Shown here one piece after another: positions 38,344 through 50,886 of a DNA stretch of 64,000 bases (its first letter is position 1; every line of letters starts with the position of its first letter). The stretch spans positions 8,826 through 72,825 of the forward strand of contig JBAXBV010000016.1 of the NCBI GenBank assembly GCA_037141795.1. Reading direction: 5' to 3'. Both the position numbers and the translations under genes were made by a program. Below the pieces are notes generated by a model. The model did no database searches. It saw only the letters and a list, made by a program, of their open reading frames with translations, and was not told the DNA's origin. The DNA comes from Betaproteobacteria bacterium. GTDB taxonomy: Bacteria > Pseudomonadota > Gammaproteobacteria > Burkholderiales > Ga0077523.

Positions 38344-39946
38344 CGCCGCCCGCATCGATGAGCCCCAACAGCGTCTCGATCCGGTCGGCCTCGACCGGCG
38401 TCTTGTCCGGTCGCAGGCGCAGGATGCGCGGAAATCGCACGGCAACCCCGCTGCGGTGCCGCGCGGAACGACCGATACCCTCGAATCCGATCTCCATGAC
38501 CAGGCCGGGAGCCACGCTGCGCACGGGCCCGAACTTCTCCCGGGTATGACGGCGGATGAAGGCGTCGACATCCCGGATTTCCGCGTCGGTCAGGCCGGAA
38601 TAGGCCTTGGCGAAGGGCACGAGTTCATCGCCCCGCCACACGGCGAACGTGTAGTCGGTGTAGAGGCTGGCGCGCCGTCCGTGCCCGCGCTGGGCGTACA
38701 CCAGGACTGCATCGACGCTGTGGGGATCCACCTTCCACTTCCACCACTCGCCCCCGGCACCCAGCTTCACCCGGCCAGCGCCGTAGGGGGAGTCGAGCCG
38801 CTTCAGCATGAGCCCCTCGACGCCCCGGCTGCGCGATTGCGCGCGCAGCATCGCCAGCGCGCTCCAGTCGGCTGCCTCCAGCGACGGCGAGAGCAGCAAC
38901 CGCGGATGCCCCACGTCAGCGACCAGCACCTCGAGGCGCGCACGCCGTACGTGAAACGGCTGCGCGCGGATGTCTTCCCCCCGCAACTCGAGCAGGTCAT
39001 AGGCCATCAGCGCCGCTGGGGCCTGGGCGAGCGCACGGGCCGTCAGGCGACGCAGGCCGATGCGGCGCTGGAGCATTGAAAACGGGAGGGGCGCGCCATC
39101 CTGCCAGGCAAGGAGTTCGCCGTCGATCACGGCGCCATCGGGCAGGCGGCTTCCGATCTCGACGGCTTCCGGGAAGCGGTCGGTGACCAGTTCGTCGCCC
39201 CGGGACCAGACGTGCACCTGTCCGGCACGGCGCACGATCTGCGCCCGGATACCATCCCACTTCCACTCTGCGTGCCAGGCCTCGCGCGGCCCCAGTTGAA
39301 CAGCGGGCACGTCCAGGGGGTGGGCGAGAAAGAATGGGTAGGGCCGGCCGGCACGGTCCGTCACCGTCTCGGGCGCCAGCAGGGCACGGTAACTCTCCGC
39401 AGTGGGCGTCCAGCCGCCCACCAGGCGCTCGGCAAGCAGCCTGGGGTCGAGGCCCGCTGCGAGGCCCAGGCCCCGGGTCACGAGCAGTTTCGATACCCCC
39501 ACCCGGAAGCCACCCGTGATGAGCTTGTTCCAGACGAAGCGTCCGCGCTCGTCCAGCTCGGCCCACGCCGCCAGCAGTTCCTGCTCGCGCACAGACGGTG
39601 AAGCGGTCCGCAGCGGCAGCAAGCGCCCGGTCACCCACTCGGAAAGGGGCCGATCGCTTCCGGCACCGGGCTCGGGCAACAGGTGGGCGATGGTCTCCGC
39701 AAGATCACCGGCTGCCTGGTAGCACTCGTCGAACATCCAGACCGGGATGCCGGCAGCGCGCTGCGCGAGTTCCCGCAGCACCGCCGCGGGGACGACGCGG
39801 GGAATCTTTCCTCCGGCGAGGAAGTGCACCGCCCAGGCACCATCCGCGTCGGGTGCCCCGACGAAGTAATCGCGCAGGGCTTCGACCTTGGCCGTCGTGG
39901 AAGTCGTGGCATCGAGCCGGGCATACAGTTCGGCGAACCGCCTCAC
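38339..39946 (-). CDS. ATP-dependent DNA ligase (ligase-associated DNA damage response type). GTG start.
   Basis: VRRFAELYARLD N-terminus, adenylation motif I EWKWDGIR, and EGLMLK. GTGA overlap with the exonuclease stop. Confidence 0.9.
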   Translation of the reverse strand: MRRFAELYARLDATTSTTAKVEALRDYFVGAPDADGAWAVHFLAGGKIPRVVPAAVLRELAQRAAGIPVWMFDECYQAAGDLAETIAHLLPEPGAGSDRPLSEWVTGRLLPLRTASPSVREQELLAAWAELDERGRFVWNKLITGGFRVGVSKLLVTRGLGLAAGLDPRLLAERLVGGWTPTAESYRALLAPETVTDRAGRPYPFFLAHPLDVPAVQLGPREAWHAEWKWDGIRAQIVRRAGQVHVWSRGDELVTDRFPEAVEIGSRLPDGAVIDGELLAWQDGAPLPFSMLQRRIGLRRLTARALAQAPAALMAYDLLELRGEDIRAQPFHVRRARLEVLVADVGHPRLLLSPSLEAADWSALAMLRAQSRSRGVEGLMLKRLDSPYGAGRVKLGAGGEWWKWKVDPHSVDAVLVYAQRGHGRRASLYTDYTFAVWRGDELVPFAKAYSGLTDAEIRDVDAFIRRHTREKFGPVRSVAPGLVMEIGFEGIGRSARHRSGVAVRFPRILRLRPDKTPVEADRIETLLGLIDAGGE

Positions 39947-40953
39947 GCGTCGTCCGCTCCGCTTTCCCCGCCATACTCGGTCTCGAAGGCGCGTGCATCC
40001 AGGCCCTGCTCCGAGAGCCAGCGGACCATTGCGGGCACATAGCCATGGGTCACGAACACCCGTTCCGCGCCGCTTGCCCGGATGGCGGACTGGAGCCCGG
40101 GCCAGTCGGCGTGGTCCGACAGGGCGAAACCCCGGTCGAGGGCACGACGGCGACGGGTGCCGCGCAGCCGCATCCAGCCCGAGGCGAAGGCGTCGCCGTG
40201 TTCGCCGAAGCGCCGCATCCAGGGCGTTCCCTGCGCCGAGGGCGGCGCCAGCACCAGCGCGCCGCGCAGGTCGCCGGGGGCGGAAGCCCTCAATGTCTCC
40301 GGCAGCGCCACGCCGCCCAGCCGATAGGCCTCGTTCAATGCCTCGACGGCGCCGTGACAGACGATGGGGCCGATGCCGGCGTCGACCCCGGCGAGCACCC
40401 TCTGCGCCTTCCCGAAGGCGTAGGCGTAGAGCACGCTCGCCCGGCCGGCGGCCCGGTTGGCCGCCCACCAGGCGTCGATCTCGCGGAAGATCGCAGCCGC
40501 GGGGGGCCAGCGATAGATCGGGAGGCCGAAGGTCGACTCGGTGACGAAGACATGGCAGCGCACCGGCTCGAAGGCGGCGCAGGTCGGGTCGGCCTCGACC
40601 TTGTAGTCGCCCGACACCACCCAGACTTCCCCCCGGTGTTCGACGCGCACCTGGGCCGACCCGAGAACATGTCCGGCGGGATGCAGTGACACCCTAACGC
40701 CATTCATCTCGATCTGCTCGCCATAGTCCACACTCTGGAGGCGGATGCTGCCCAGGCGGTGCCGGAGCACGGATTCGGCGGGTCGGGCGGACAGGTAGCT
40801 GCCGTGGCCGGATCGCGCGTGATCCGAGTGGCCATGGGTAATGACCGCACGGTCAACCGGTCGCCAGGGATCGATATGAAAACCGCCGGCCTCGCAGTAG
40901 AGACCGCGGTCGGTCTGCCGGATGAGATCGCCGTCGGGCGCGGCGGGGCGCAT
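39943..40953 (-). CDS. Ligase-associated DNA damage response exonuclease (metallo-beta-lactamase fold)
   Basis: VITHGHSDH MBL motif, ...ESTFG..., LSDHADW. 336 aa. Confidence 0.9.
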   Translation of the reverse strand: MRPAAPDGDLIRQTDRGLYCEAGGFHIDPWRPVDRAVITHGHSDHARSGHGSYLSARPAESVLRHRLGSIRLQSVDYGEQIEMNGVRVSLHPAGHVLGSAQVRVEHRGEVWVVSGDYKVEADPTCAAFEPVRCHVFVTESTFGLPIYRWPPAAAIFREIDAWWAANRAAGRASVLYAYAFGKAQRVLAGVDAGIGPIVCHGAVEALNEAYRLGGVALPETLRASAPGDLRGALVLAPPSAQGTPWMRRFGEHGDAFASGWMRLRGTRRRRALDRGFALSDHADWPGLQSAIRASGAERVFVTHGYVPAMVRWLSEQGLDARAFETEYGGESGADDA

Positions 40954-40999
40954 GGAGGCCTGCGGTCCTGGGGCGCCGCCGCGGGCGACGCCCGTTGGC

Positions 41000-43495
<2,496 letters not shown>

Positions 43496-43661
43496 CTTTC
43501 TTGAATCATTTGTTCGACGAAAGACGGCTGCCGACGGGGCCGGTCCTCGAGGACGCCAGCCGCCGCGCCTCAGCCGCTTTACGGTCTTGCCGCACAGATC
43601 TTAAGCAAACACCAATCCCGCCGCGTGTCCCGGCCACCGGAGAGCCGGGTACGGGAGCCAG

Positions 43662-44909
43662 TCAGGCCGCTGCGAGGGATTTCCCCACCGGCGCCTCGCG
43701 GATCGGCAGATTCACGAGGGCGGCGACCGCCGCAAGAACGACGTCGGTATACCACATCCACGTGTAGCTGCCGGTCTGTACCACCGCGAGACCACCCAGC
43801 CAGGCGCCGAAGAAACCACCGACCTGGTGGGAAAACAGCGTGAGGCCGAACAGCGTCGCGAGATAGCGGGTGCCGAACAGCTTGCCCACCAGCCCCGCGG
43901 TGGAAGGAACCGTGGACAGCCAGGTGAATCCGAGCACCAGGGCGAAGACATGGAACGTGAGGGCGGTCTTCGGCGCCGCGAGATACGCGAGGATGGCCAC
44001 GGCACGCGCCGCATAGGTCCAGAAGAGGAGATACTTCATGCGGCAGGTACTGCCCAGGGCGCCGGCAGACAGGCTGCCGGCAATGTTGGCGAGCCCGATG
44101 ATGGCGATCGATGTGGCCGCAACGCTCGCCGGGAGGCCGCACAACTCCACCTCGCCGGGCAGGTGCGTGACCAGGAAGGCGACGTGAAAGCCGCAGGTGA
44201 AGAAACCCGCGTGCAGACACCAGTAGCTGGGTTCACGCGCCGCACTGCGAAGCTGGTCTCTCAGCCCCGGCTCGGCGGTGGCCGGCGTCCCGGCGGCGGG
44301 CGCGGGATGCGGCGTGTGACCGACAAGGCGCGCCAGCGGCAGGGTCGCCAGCGCCGCGGCCGCCAGGGTCAGCATCGCCGCAACCCAGCCGAAGGCGCCG
44401 ATCAGGCCCTGGCTGATCGGCGCGAAGATGAACTGACCGAAGCTGCCTCCGGCGTTGATGAATCCCGAGGCGAACGACCGCTTCCCGGGCGGCAGTCGCC
44501 GTGCCGTGGCCCCGATCAGGATGGAAAAGCTCCCGGCACCGCCGCCGGCCGCCGCGAGGACGCCCAGGGACAGCATCAGCATCCACTCCCGGCTGACGAA
44601 CGGCGTGAGCGCCAGACCGGCCGCGAGCATCAGCCCGCCCACGACGATCACCCGGGACGAGCCGTAGCGATCCGCAACCGCCCCGAAGACCGGCTGCGAT
44701 GCCCCCCACACGAAGTGACCCACTGCCATGGCGAAGCTGATCGCCATGATGCCCAGGCCGGTGGCCGTGTTGAGCGGCGACACGAACAGCCCCATCGACT
44801 GGCGGGTACCCATGGTGATCGTCAGGATCGCGGCGGCGGCCAGGAGCAGCGGCCAGTGCCGGGCACGGTGTGGCGCGTCTTCGGCAGATGCGTGCGTCAT
44901 CGGGGGCAT
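43662..44909 (-). CDS. MFS transporter
   Basis: 415 aa, 12 predicted TM segments. GAVADRYGSSRV loop motif between TM2 and TM3. Confidence 0.85.
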   Translation of the reverse strand: MPPMTHASAEDAPHRARHWPLLLAAAAILTITMGTRQSMGLFVSPLNTATGLGIMAISFAMAVGHFVWGASQPVFGAVADRYGSSRVIVVGGLMLAAGLALTPFVSREWMLMLSLGVLAAAGGGAGSFSILIGATARRLPPGKRSFASGFINAGGSFGQFIFAPISQGLIGAFGWVAAMLTLAAAALATLPLARLVGHTPHPAPAAGTPATAEPGLRDQLRSAAREPSYWCLHAGFFTCGFHVAFLVTHLPGEVELCGLPASVAATSIAIIGLANIAGSLSAGALGSTCRMKYLLFWTYAARAVAILAYLAAPKTALTFHVFALVLGFTWLSTVPSTAGLVGKLFGTRYLATLFGLTLFSHQVGGFFGAWLGGLAVVQTGSYTWMWYTDVVLAAVAALVNLPIREAPVGKSLAAA

Positions 44910-45138
44910 CCTCGATCATTGGGGACAGGACAACGCTCCTGCCGGTTCCGGTTCTGGGCGAACGTAAGCTTCCGCGCGAGCCCATCCCTCATGCCCGGAG
45001 GATAGCCCAGTTCGCGGCGGGCCTGCGCTGCCCGGCTTCCACGGGCGGGCACCGGCACAATTGCCCCCCCTTCGGGCCCTGTGGTAGCGTTCCCCGTGGT
45101 GGTCACCCCCGGGGGCGATCACGAACAGGGAGCCGCAC

Positions 45139-45651
45139 TTGAGCGCAACGATCCGCAGGCCCGGAGCGACCGCACGGACGCTGAGGCGGCTCTCGCAGAT
45201 CCTGGCGCTCCTCGGGGGGCTCGTCCTGGTCGGCATCGCCCTCATGACCGTCTTCAGCGTGGCGGGCCGGGTGCTCCTCTCCAGCCCCATCCAGGGGGAC
45301 GTGGAACTCGTGCAGCTGTCCTGCGCAGTGGGTCTCGCCTGCTTCCTTCCCTACACGCAGTGGCAGAACGCGAACATCATCGTGGACTTCTTCACCGCCC
45401 GGGCTGCGGCGGGCACCCGGAGCCGGCTGGACGCCTTCGGCAGCCTCGCGCTGGGGCTCGTCGCGCTGCTCGTCTGCTGGCGCACCGGCGCCGGCGCGCT
45501 GGCCGCGCGCGACAACGAGGAGACTTCCATGCTGATGGGAGTGCCGCTCTGGATTCCCTACGCACTCATGCTGCCGGGCTTCCTGCTCACGGCCCTGGTG
45601 TCCTTCCACCTCTGCTGGCTGCGCCTGACCGGCCACGACACCGTTGAGTAA
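45139..45651 (+). CDS. TRAP transporter small permease (DctQ-like). TTG start in the track; start uncertain.
   Basis: 170 aa, 4 TM. Lies directly upstream of, and overlaps, the DctM-like gene. Confidence 0.75.
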   Translation: MSATIRRPGATARTLRRLSQILALLGGLVLVGIALMTVFSVAGRVLLSSPIQGDVELVQLSCAVGLACFLPYTQWQNANIIVDFFTARAAAGTRSRLDAFGSLALGLVALLVCWRTGAGALAARDNEETSMLMGVPLWIPYALMLPGFLLTALVSFHLCWLRLTGHDTVE

Positions 45652-46966
45652 CCTGCAGATCGGCATCGCCCTCTTCGGCGCGATGCTCGCGCTGATGGCG
45701 GTCCGCGTCCCCATCGCCATCGCGATGTTTCTCCCCGGGGCAGTGGGATACGGTCTGCTGTCCGGCTGGAATCCCCTGCTGAACCATCTGAAGGGTGCGG
45801 TCTTCGGCCGCTTCTCGATCTACGACCTGTCGGTGATCCCCCTGTTCATGCTGATGGGCGCCCTCGCCACGCAGGGCGGGCTGTCCCGTGCGCTCTTCGA
45901 TTTCGCCAACGCGCTGCTGGGGCGGTTCCGCGGCGGCATGGCCATGGCGAGCGTCCTGGCCTGCGCCGCCTTCGGATCCATCAGCGGCTCGTCGGTGGCC
46001 ACGACGGCCACGATCGCGCAGGTCGCCCTGCCCGAGATGCGCCGGATCCGGTACTCGGGCCGGCTGGCAACGGCCACCCTCGCCGCGGGCGGCACGCTGG
46101 GCATCCTGCTGCCCCCTTCGGTCACGCTCATGATCTACGCGGTGCTCACGGAACAGAACATCTCCCGGCTGTTCCTCGCGGCCTACGTCCCGGGCCTGCT
46201 CGCGGCCGCCGGCTACATCGCGGCCATCGCCATCTACGTGCGGGTATCCCCGGAACACGCGCCCGCCGTTTCCGAAGCGCATCCCGGGCAGATCCGCGCG
46301 AGCCTGCCCGGCGTGGCCCCGGTGCTGGCGATCTTCATGGTGGTGTTCGGCGGAATCTACGGGGGGTTCTTCACGCCCGCCGAAGGCGCGTCGATCGGCA
46401 CAGTCATGACTTTCCTGATCGCCCTGCTGCAGGGAGGGCTCGGGGGGCGGAAGATCCTGCTTGCCCTGCTGACGACGGCCCAGACCAGCGGCATGATCTT
46501 CATGATCTTCATGGGCGCGGACATGATGAACGCGTGCCTCGCCCTGTCGCAGCTGCCGGCTGAGCTTGCCGCGCGCGTGGCCGGCGCGGGCATTCCGCCG
46601 CTCGCCATCATGGCGGCGATCATGATCTTCTATATCGCGCTGGGCTGCGTCATGGACGAGCTGTCGATGATCATGCTCACGGTGCCGGTGCTCTTCCCGG
46701 TGATCCTCGGCCTGGACTTCTTCGGCCTCCCGCCCACCGAGAAGGCGATCTGGTTCGGCATCCTCATCCTCATGGTGGTGGAGATCGGCATGATCTTTCC
46801 GCCCGTGGGCCTCAACGTCTACATCATGAACGGCCTCGCCCGCGACGTGCCCATGTCCGAGACCTACCGGGGCGTTGTACCCTTCCTGCTTTCCGACGCC
46901 GTCCGCATGACGCTGCTCATCCTGTTCCCGGGAATCGCGTTGTGGCTCGTGCGCCTGTCGGGCTGA
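45644..46966 (+). CDS. TRAP transporter large permease (DctM-like)
   Basis: 440-aa polytopic protein. SISGSSVATTATI and LLPPS blocks typical of DctM. Confidence 0.9.
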   Translation: MSNLQIGIALFGAMLALMAVRVPIAIAMFLPGAVGYGLLSGWNPLLNHLKGAVFGRFSIYDLSVIPLFMLMGALATQGGLSRALFDFANALLGRFRGGMAMASVLACAAFGSISGSSVATTATIAQVALPEMRRIRYSGRLATATLAAGGTLGILLPPSVTLMIYAVLTEQNISRLFLAAYVPGLLAAAGYIAAIAIYVRVSPEHAPAVSEAHPGQIRASLPGVAPVLAIFMVVFGGIYGGFFTPAEGASIGTVMTFLIALLQGGLGGRKILLALLTTAQTSGMIFMIFMGADMMNACLALSQLPAELAARVAGAGIPPLAIMAAIMIFYIALGCVMDELSMIMLTVPVLFPVILGLDFFGLPPTEKAIWFGILILMVVEIGMIFPPVGLNVYIMNGLARDVPMSETYRGVVPFLLSDAVRMTLLILFPGIALWLVRLSG

Positions 46967-47007
46967 CGCCGGCGGGCCCGCCGGTCAGGAATTTCCTGGA
47001 GAACGCC

Positions 47008-48045
47008 ATGAACCGTCGACTCATCCTGGCCCTGTCTGCCGCCGCGGCGCTCCTTCCCGCCACGGCCCCGGCCGCTGGCGAACAGATCATCCTGAAGGTG
47101 CATCACTTCCTGCCGGCCACGTCGAACCCGCAGGTGCACCTGATCCAGCCCTGGTGCGACCGGATCGGCCGCGAATCCGCGGACCGGCTCAAGTGCCAGA
47201 TCTACCCGGCCATGCAGCTCGGCGGCACGCCACCCCAGCTGTTCGACCAGGTGCGCGACGGCGTCGTGGATGTGGTGTGGACCGTACCCACCTACGCGGC
47301 CGGCCGCTTTTCCCGGTCGGAGGTGTTCGAACTGCCGTTCATGATCCGCAATGCCCGCGGCGGCAGCCAGGCGCTCTGGCAGTACGTGCAGAAGAACGCC
47401 CAGGACGAATTCCGGGGCACGCGGCCGATCCTCATGCACGTGCACGACGGGTCGGTGCTGCACCTCACGAGCAAGCCGGTGAAGACCCTCGAGGATCTGC
47501 GGGGCCTCAAGATCCGGGCGGCCACCCGCATCAATGCCCGGATGCTGGCTGCGCTCGGTGCGACACCCGTCCAGTTGCCCCTGCCCCAGGTGGCCGAGGC
47601 CATGTCCAAGGGGGTCATCGACGGCGCCATGGTGCCGTGGGAGGGCATGCCCTCCATCAAGCTGCACGAAATCGCGAAGTATCACGTCGAACCGCCGGCA
47701 AACGCGGCGAGGTTCTCCAACACCATCTTCCTGCTCGCCATGAACCCCGCGAAGTACGAGAGCCTGCCGCCCGACCTGCGGAAGATCATCGACGGGAGCA
47801 GCGGGCTGGCCGCATCGGCCGCGGCGGGAGAGAAGGGATGGGACGCCAGCGTCGAGCCCAATCGCAAGCTCGCCCGCGATCGCGGCAACAACTTCCACAC
47901 CCTGCCCGACACCGAGTTCGCGCGCTGGGTCAAGGCCACGGAGAACGTGGACGACGAGTGGGTGAAGGACGTGGAGAAGAAGGGCTTCGATGGCAAGCGC
48001 CTGCTGGGCGAGGCGCGCCAGCTGGTGGACCAGTACTCGAAGTGA
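47008..48045 (+). CDS. TRAP transporter substrate-binding protein (DctP-like)
   Basis: ATG 47008 (MNRRLILALSAAAALLP signal). Follows the Q and M genes. Periplasmic-binding-protein-like sequence. Confidence 0.8.
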   Translation: MNRRLILALSAAAALLPATAPAAGEQIILKVHHFLPATSNPQVHLIQPWCDRIGRESADRLKCQIYPAMQLGGTPPQLFDQVRDGVVDVVWTVPTYAAGRFSRSEVFELPFMIRNARGGSQALWQYVQKNAQDEFRGTRPILMHVHDGSVLHLTSKPVKTLEDLRGLKIRAATRINARMLAALGATPVQLPLPQVAEAMSKGVIDGAMVPWEGMPSIKLHEIAKYHVEPPANAARFSNTIFLLAMNPAKYESLPPDLRKIIDGSSGLAASAAAGEKGWDASVEPNRKLARDRGNNFHTLPDTEFARWVKATENVDDEWVKDVEKKGFDGKRLLGEARQLVDQYSK

Positions 48046-48273
48046 CGACAATGCCCCCGGCGGGCCGCCGGCGGCCTGCCCCTCCGGCGCATGCCCGCGG
48101 GGCCTGCAGGTCGCGCGGGCCCAGGTGGAGATGAGGCCATCGAAACGATGATCCGCCTGCGGGGGAGGCGGCCGCGCCGCCTGAGCACCATGGTGCCTCC
48201 CCACGTGCGGTCCCTTGCACAACCCTGGAGCCTCTTGCCGGAGGGCCGGGAGAAGAACTCCTGAGGCGGGCCG

Positions 48274-49140
48274 TCAGGGCAGCCGCAGCAGCGGCCGGCC
48301 CATCCGGATGACCTCCCCGGTTCGTACATCCCCGCAGAGGCTGAAGCCGGGAGGTGCCAGCACGATGATGGTGGAGCCGTGCTCGAACCAGCCCATCTCC
48401 TGGCCCTTCGCCAGACTGGCGTCGCAGGAGATCTCGTTCGGCCCCCGATAGCGCAGGTGCAGCAGCACGTCGGCGAAGCGCAGCCGCATGCTTGCCACCA
48501 GCACCGCAGCCACCGGCACCAGGGTGAGCGCATGTCCCCCGGAACACAGTTCGGCGCGGATGATGGCGCGCTCGTTGCGGCAGAAGAGCTTTTCCACGCG
48601 CTTCAGGGCGATGGGGTTGACATTCCAGGTGTCGCCCGAAACGTAGGTCACGTGCCGGACGCGGCAGTCGTGGGGTGCGTGGAACCGGTGGTACATGGTG
48701 GAGGTCAGGCGCAGCGTGACGAACGTGCCGCCGCGATGGATGCGCTCGAGATCAGGATCCCCCAGGAGTTCGCGCAGCGTGTAGGGGAGGCCCTTCGCCT
48801 GGATCAGAGTGTCGCCCTCGATGGAACCGCACGCGCCGACGATCGCGTCGCAGGGACTGGTCACCACGGCAGGGTCCGGGTCAACCGGGCGCGCGCCTTC
48901 CTTCAGTTCCCGCGTGAAGCAGTCGTGCAGGCTGCGGAACGAGGTCTTCCGCGCCTCCGACAGATCGAGATCGCTGAACACCCGCCACACGGCCAGCGAC
49001 AGATCCCGCACCCACGGGTGCTCGATGCGGCTGAACCAACCCATGAAGCGGGTGAGCGCCTGCCGGGGAATCCGGTTGGTCACGAGGAAGTTGATGTCCT
49101 CCTGCTGGAAAACCTTCGCGATCGCGCGGCGCATCGTCAC
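48274..49140 (-). CDS. psd: Phosphatidylserine decarboxylase-family protein
   Basis: 288 aa. YHRFHAP...NERA...FEHGSTII (GST self-cleavage motif). Confidence 0.8.
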   Translation of the reverse strand: MTMRRAIAKVFQQEDINFLVTNRIPRQALTRFMGWFSRIEHPWVRDLSLAVWRVFSDLDLSEARKTSFRSLHDCFTRELKEGARPVDPDPAVVTSPCDAIVGACGSIEGDTLIQAKGLPYTLRELLGDPDLERIHRGGTFVTLRLTSTMYHRFHAPHDCRVRHVTYVSGDTWNVNPIALKRVEKLFCRNERAIIRAELCSGGHALTLVPVAAVLVASMRLRFADVLLHLRYRGPNEISCDASLAKGQEMGWFEHGSTIIVLAPPGFSLCGDVRTGEVIRMGRPLLRLP

Positions 49141-49164
49141 AGTCCCGTAAAGTTGATTCGGTAA

Positions 49165-50835
49165 ATGCTTCCTGTCATGGATACCTCACTTGCGTTCTAT
49201 GTCATCGGGGCGGGTGCGCTCGCCGCCAGCCTGCCGAAGATCCGGCGCCGTCTCGAACTGTCCCGTGCGAAGCACCGGTCGCTGGCCGGTCACTCCCGCA
49301 TGTCCCGCCTCCTGGCCGGCGTCCTCCCCTACTACGAGTACGGGGAGGACCGGTTCTTCCGCGCCGACGACGCCCCGCCCGGAGTCGAGGCCCGGCGCAG
49401 GGCGGGTTTCGAGCGCCTGGAGAAGACCTTCCGGGAACGGTTCGCCCTCACCGCGGCGCGGACAGCCGAGATCCGGGACAGCGTGTCGGACCTGCAATTC
49501 ACGGGGGCCTACCGGGTGCCGTTCCAGTTCAGCCGCTTCGTCCGGTCGCGACTGGACGCAGGCGCCTTCTTGGAAGCGTCCTCCGGCGTTCAACTGACCG
49601 ACCTCGACGGCAACACCCTCTACGACCTGACCGGCTCCTACGGCGTGAACGTGTTCGGCTACGACTTCTACAAGTCGTGCATGGCGGAAGGCAGCGCCCG
49701 CGCGGCTGCCCTGGGCCCGGTGCTCGGCGCCTACCACCCGGCCATCGCCTCCAACACGCGGCGCCTGCGCGAGATCTCCGGGCTCGACGAGGTGTCCTTC
49801 CACATGTCCGGGACAGAAGCCGTCATGCAGGCCGTGCGGCTGGCCCGCTATCACACCCGCCGTTCCCACCTCGTCCGTTTCTGCGGCGCGTACCACGGCT
49901 GGTGGGGCGACGTTCAGCCGGGCATCGGCAATCCCGTTCCGGCCCGGGAGACCTACACCCTCAAGGACATGGACGAGGCCGCCCTGCGGGTCCTGCGTAC
50001 CCGCAGCGACATCGCCTGCGTGCTGATCAACCCCTTGCAGGCGCTGCACCCGAACGTCGGCGCCCCCAGCGACGGGGCCCTCGTGGACAGTGGCCGGCAG
50101 GCCCGCTTCGACCGGGCGGCCTACACCGACTGGCTGCGCCGTCTGCGGGACGTGTGCACCGAGCGGGGCATCGTGCTGATCTTCGACGAGGTGTTCGTCG
50201 GCTTCCGGCTCGCGCGCGGCGGGGCGCAGGAATACTTTGGCGTGCGGGCGGACATGGTCACCTATGGCAAGACCGTCGCGGGCGGCTTTCCCGTCGGCGT
50301 GGTCTGCGGCCGCAAGGACCTGATGAAGCGCTACCGGGACGACCGTCCCGCCGATATCTGCTTCGCCCGCGGCACCTTCAACGCCCACCCCTACGTCATG
50401 GGCGCCATGCAGGTCTTCTTCGAGCGTCTCGACAGCCCGGAGATCGCGGCGCTGTATGACGGGCTCGACGAGCGCTGGAACGCCCGGGCGAGCCTGCTGA
50501 ACGACCGGCTCGCCCGGGCCGGCCTCCCCGTTCAGGTGGCAAACCTTTCTTCCATCTGGACAGTCCTGTACAGGACGCCGTCGCGCTACAACTGGATGCT
50601 CCAATACTATCTCCGGGCCGAGGGCCTGGCCCTCAGCTGGGTCGGCACCGGACGCCTCATCTTCAGCCTCAACTACGGCGATGCCGACTTCGATGCCGTC
50701 GTCGACCGGTTCGTGCGGGCAGCCCGCGCCATGCAGGATGATGGCTGGTGGGACACTCATCCGGGGCTCAGCAATCGTGGCATCCGGCGGGGCATACTGC
50801 GGGAGACGGTGGCGCGCGTGCTGGGCAGGGGTTGA
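49165..50835 (+). CDS. Class-III (GSA-aminomutase-like) PLP aminotransferase with a ~130-aa N-terminal extension carrying a TM helix
   Basis: SFHMSGTEAVMQAVRLAR...IFDEVFVGFR...TYGKTVAGG (PLP lysine). N-terminus has SLAFYVIGAGALAASLP. Confidence 0.8.
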   Translation: MLPVMDTSLAFYVIGAGALAASLPKIRRRLELSRAKHRSLAGHSRMSRLLAGVLPYYEYGEDRFFRADDAPPGVEARRRAGFERLEKTFRERFALTAARTAEIRDSVSDLQFTGAYRVPFQFSRFVRSRLDAGAFLEASSGVQLTDLDGNTLYDLTGSYGVNVFGYDFYKSCMAEGSARAAALGPVLGAYHPAIASNTRRLREISGLDEVSFHMSGTEAVMQAVRLARYHTRRSHLVRFCGAYHGWWGDVQPGIGNPVPARETYTLKDMDEAALRVLRTRSDIACVLINPLQALHPNVGAPSDGALVDSGRQARFDRAAYTDWLRRLRDVCTERGIVLIFDEVFVGFRLARGGAQEYFGVRADMVTYGKTVAGGFPVGVVCGRKDLMKRYRDDRPADICFARGTFNAHPYVMGAMQVFFERLDSPEIAALYDGLDERWNARASLLNDRLARAGLPVQVANLSSIWTVLYRTPSRYNWMLQYYLRAEGLALSWVGTGRLIFSLNYGDADFDAVVDRFVRAARAMQDDGWWDTHPGLSNRGIRRGILRETVARVLGRG

Positions 50836-50886
50836 TGCGGCAGCGTTTCCCGGCCCGCCCGCGGGCAGGCCGGGATCAATGGAGGC

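Noticed and set aside
38112-38549. A 145-aa + strand ORF starting in the ligase-helicase gap.
   Set aside because: It reads straight through the plus-strand terminator and continues antisense into the ligase gene. Its internal ATG has the SD-like GGAGGG directly abutting it, and the composition is Pro/Arg/Ser-rich.
46969-46984. Perfect 16-nt palindrome CCGGCGGGCCCGCCGG between the TRAP dctM-like and dctP-like genes, considered as a terminator.
   Set aside because: It has no U-tract on either side and sits 24 nt before the next cistron of the same operon. It is more likely an intercistronic stabilising hairpin, or simply GC-rich chance symmetry.
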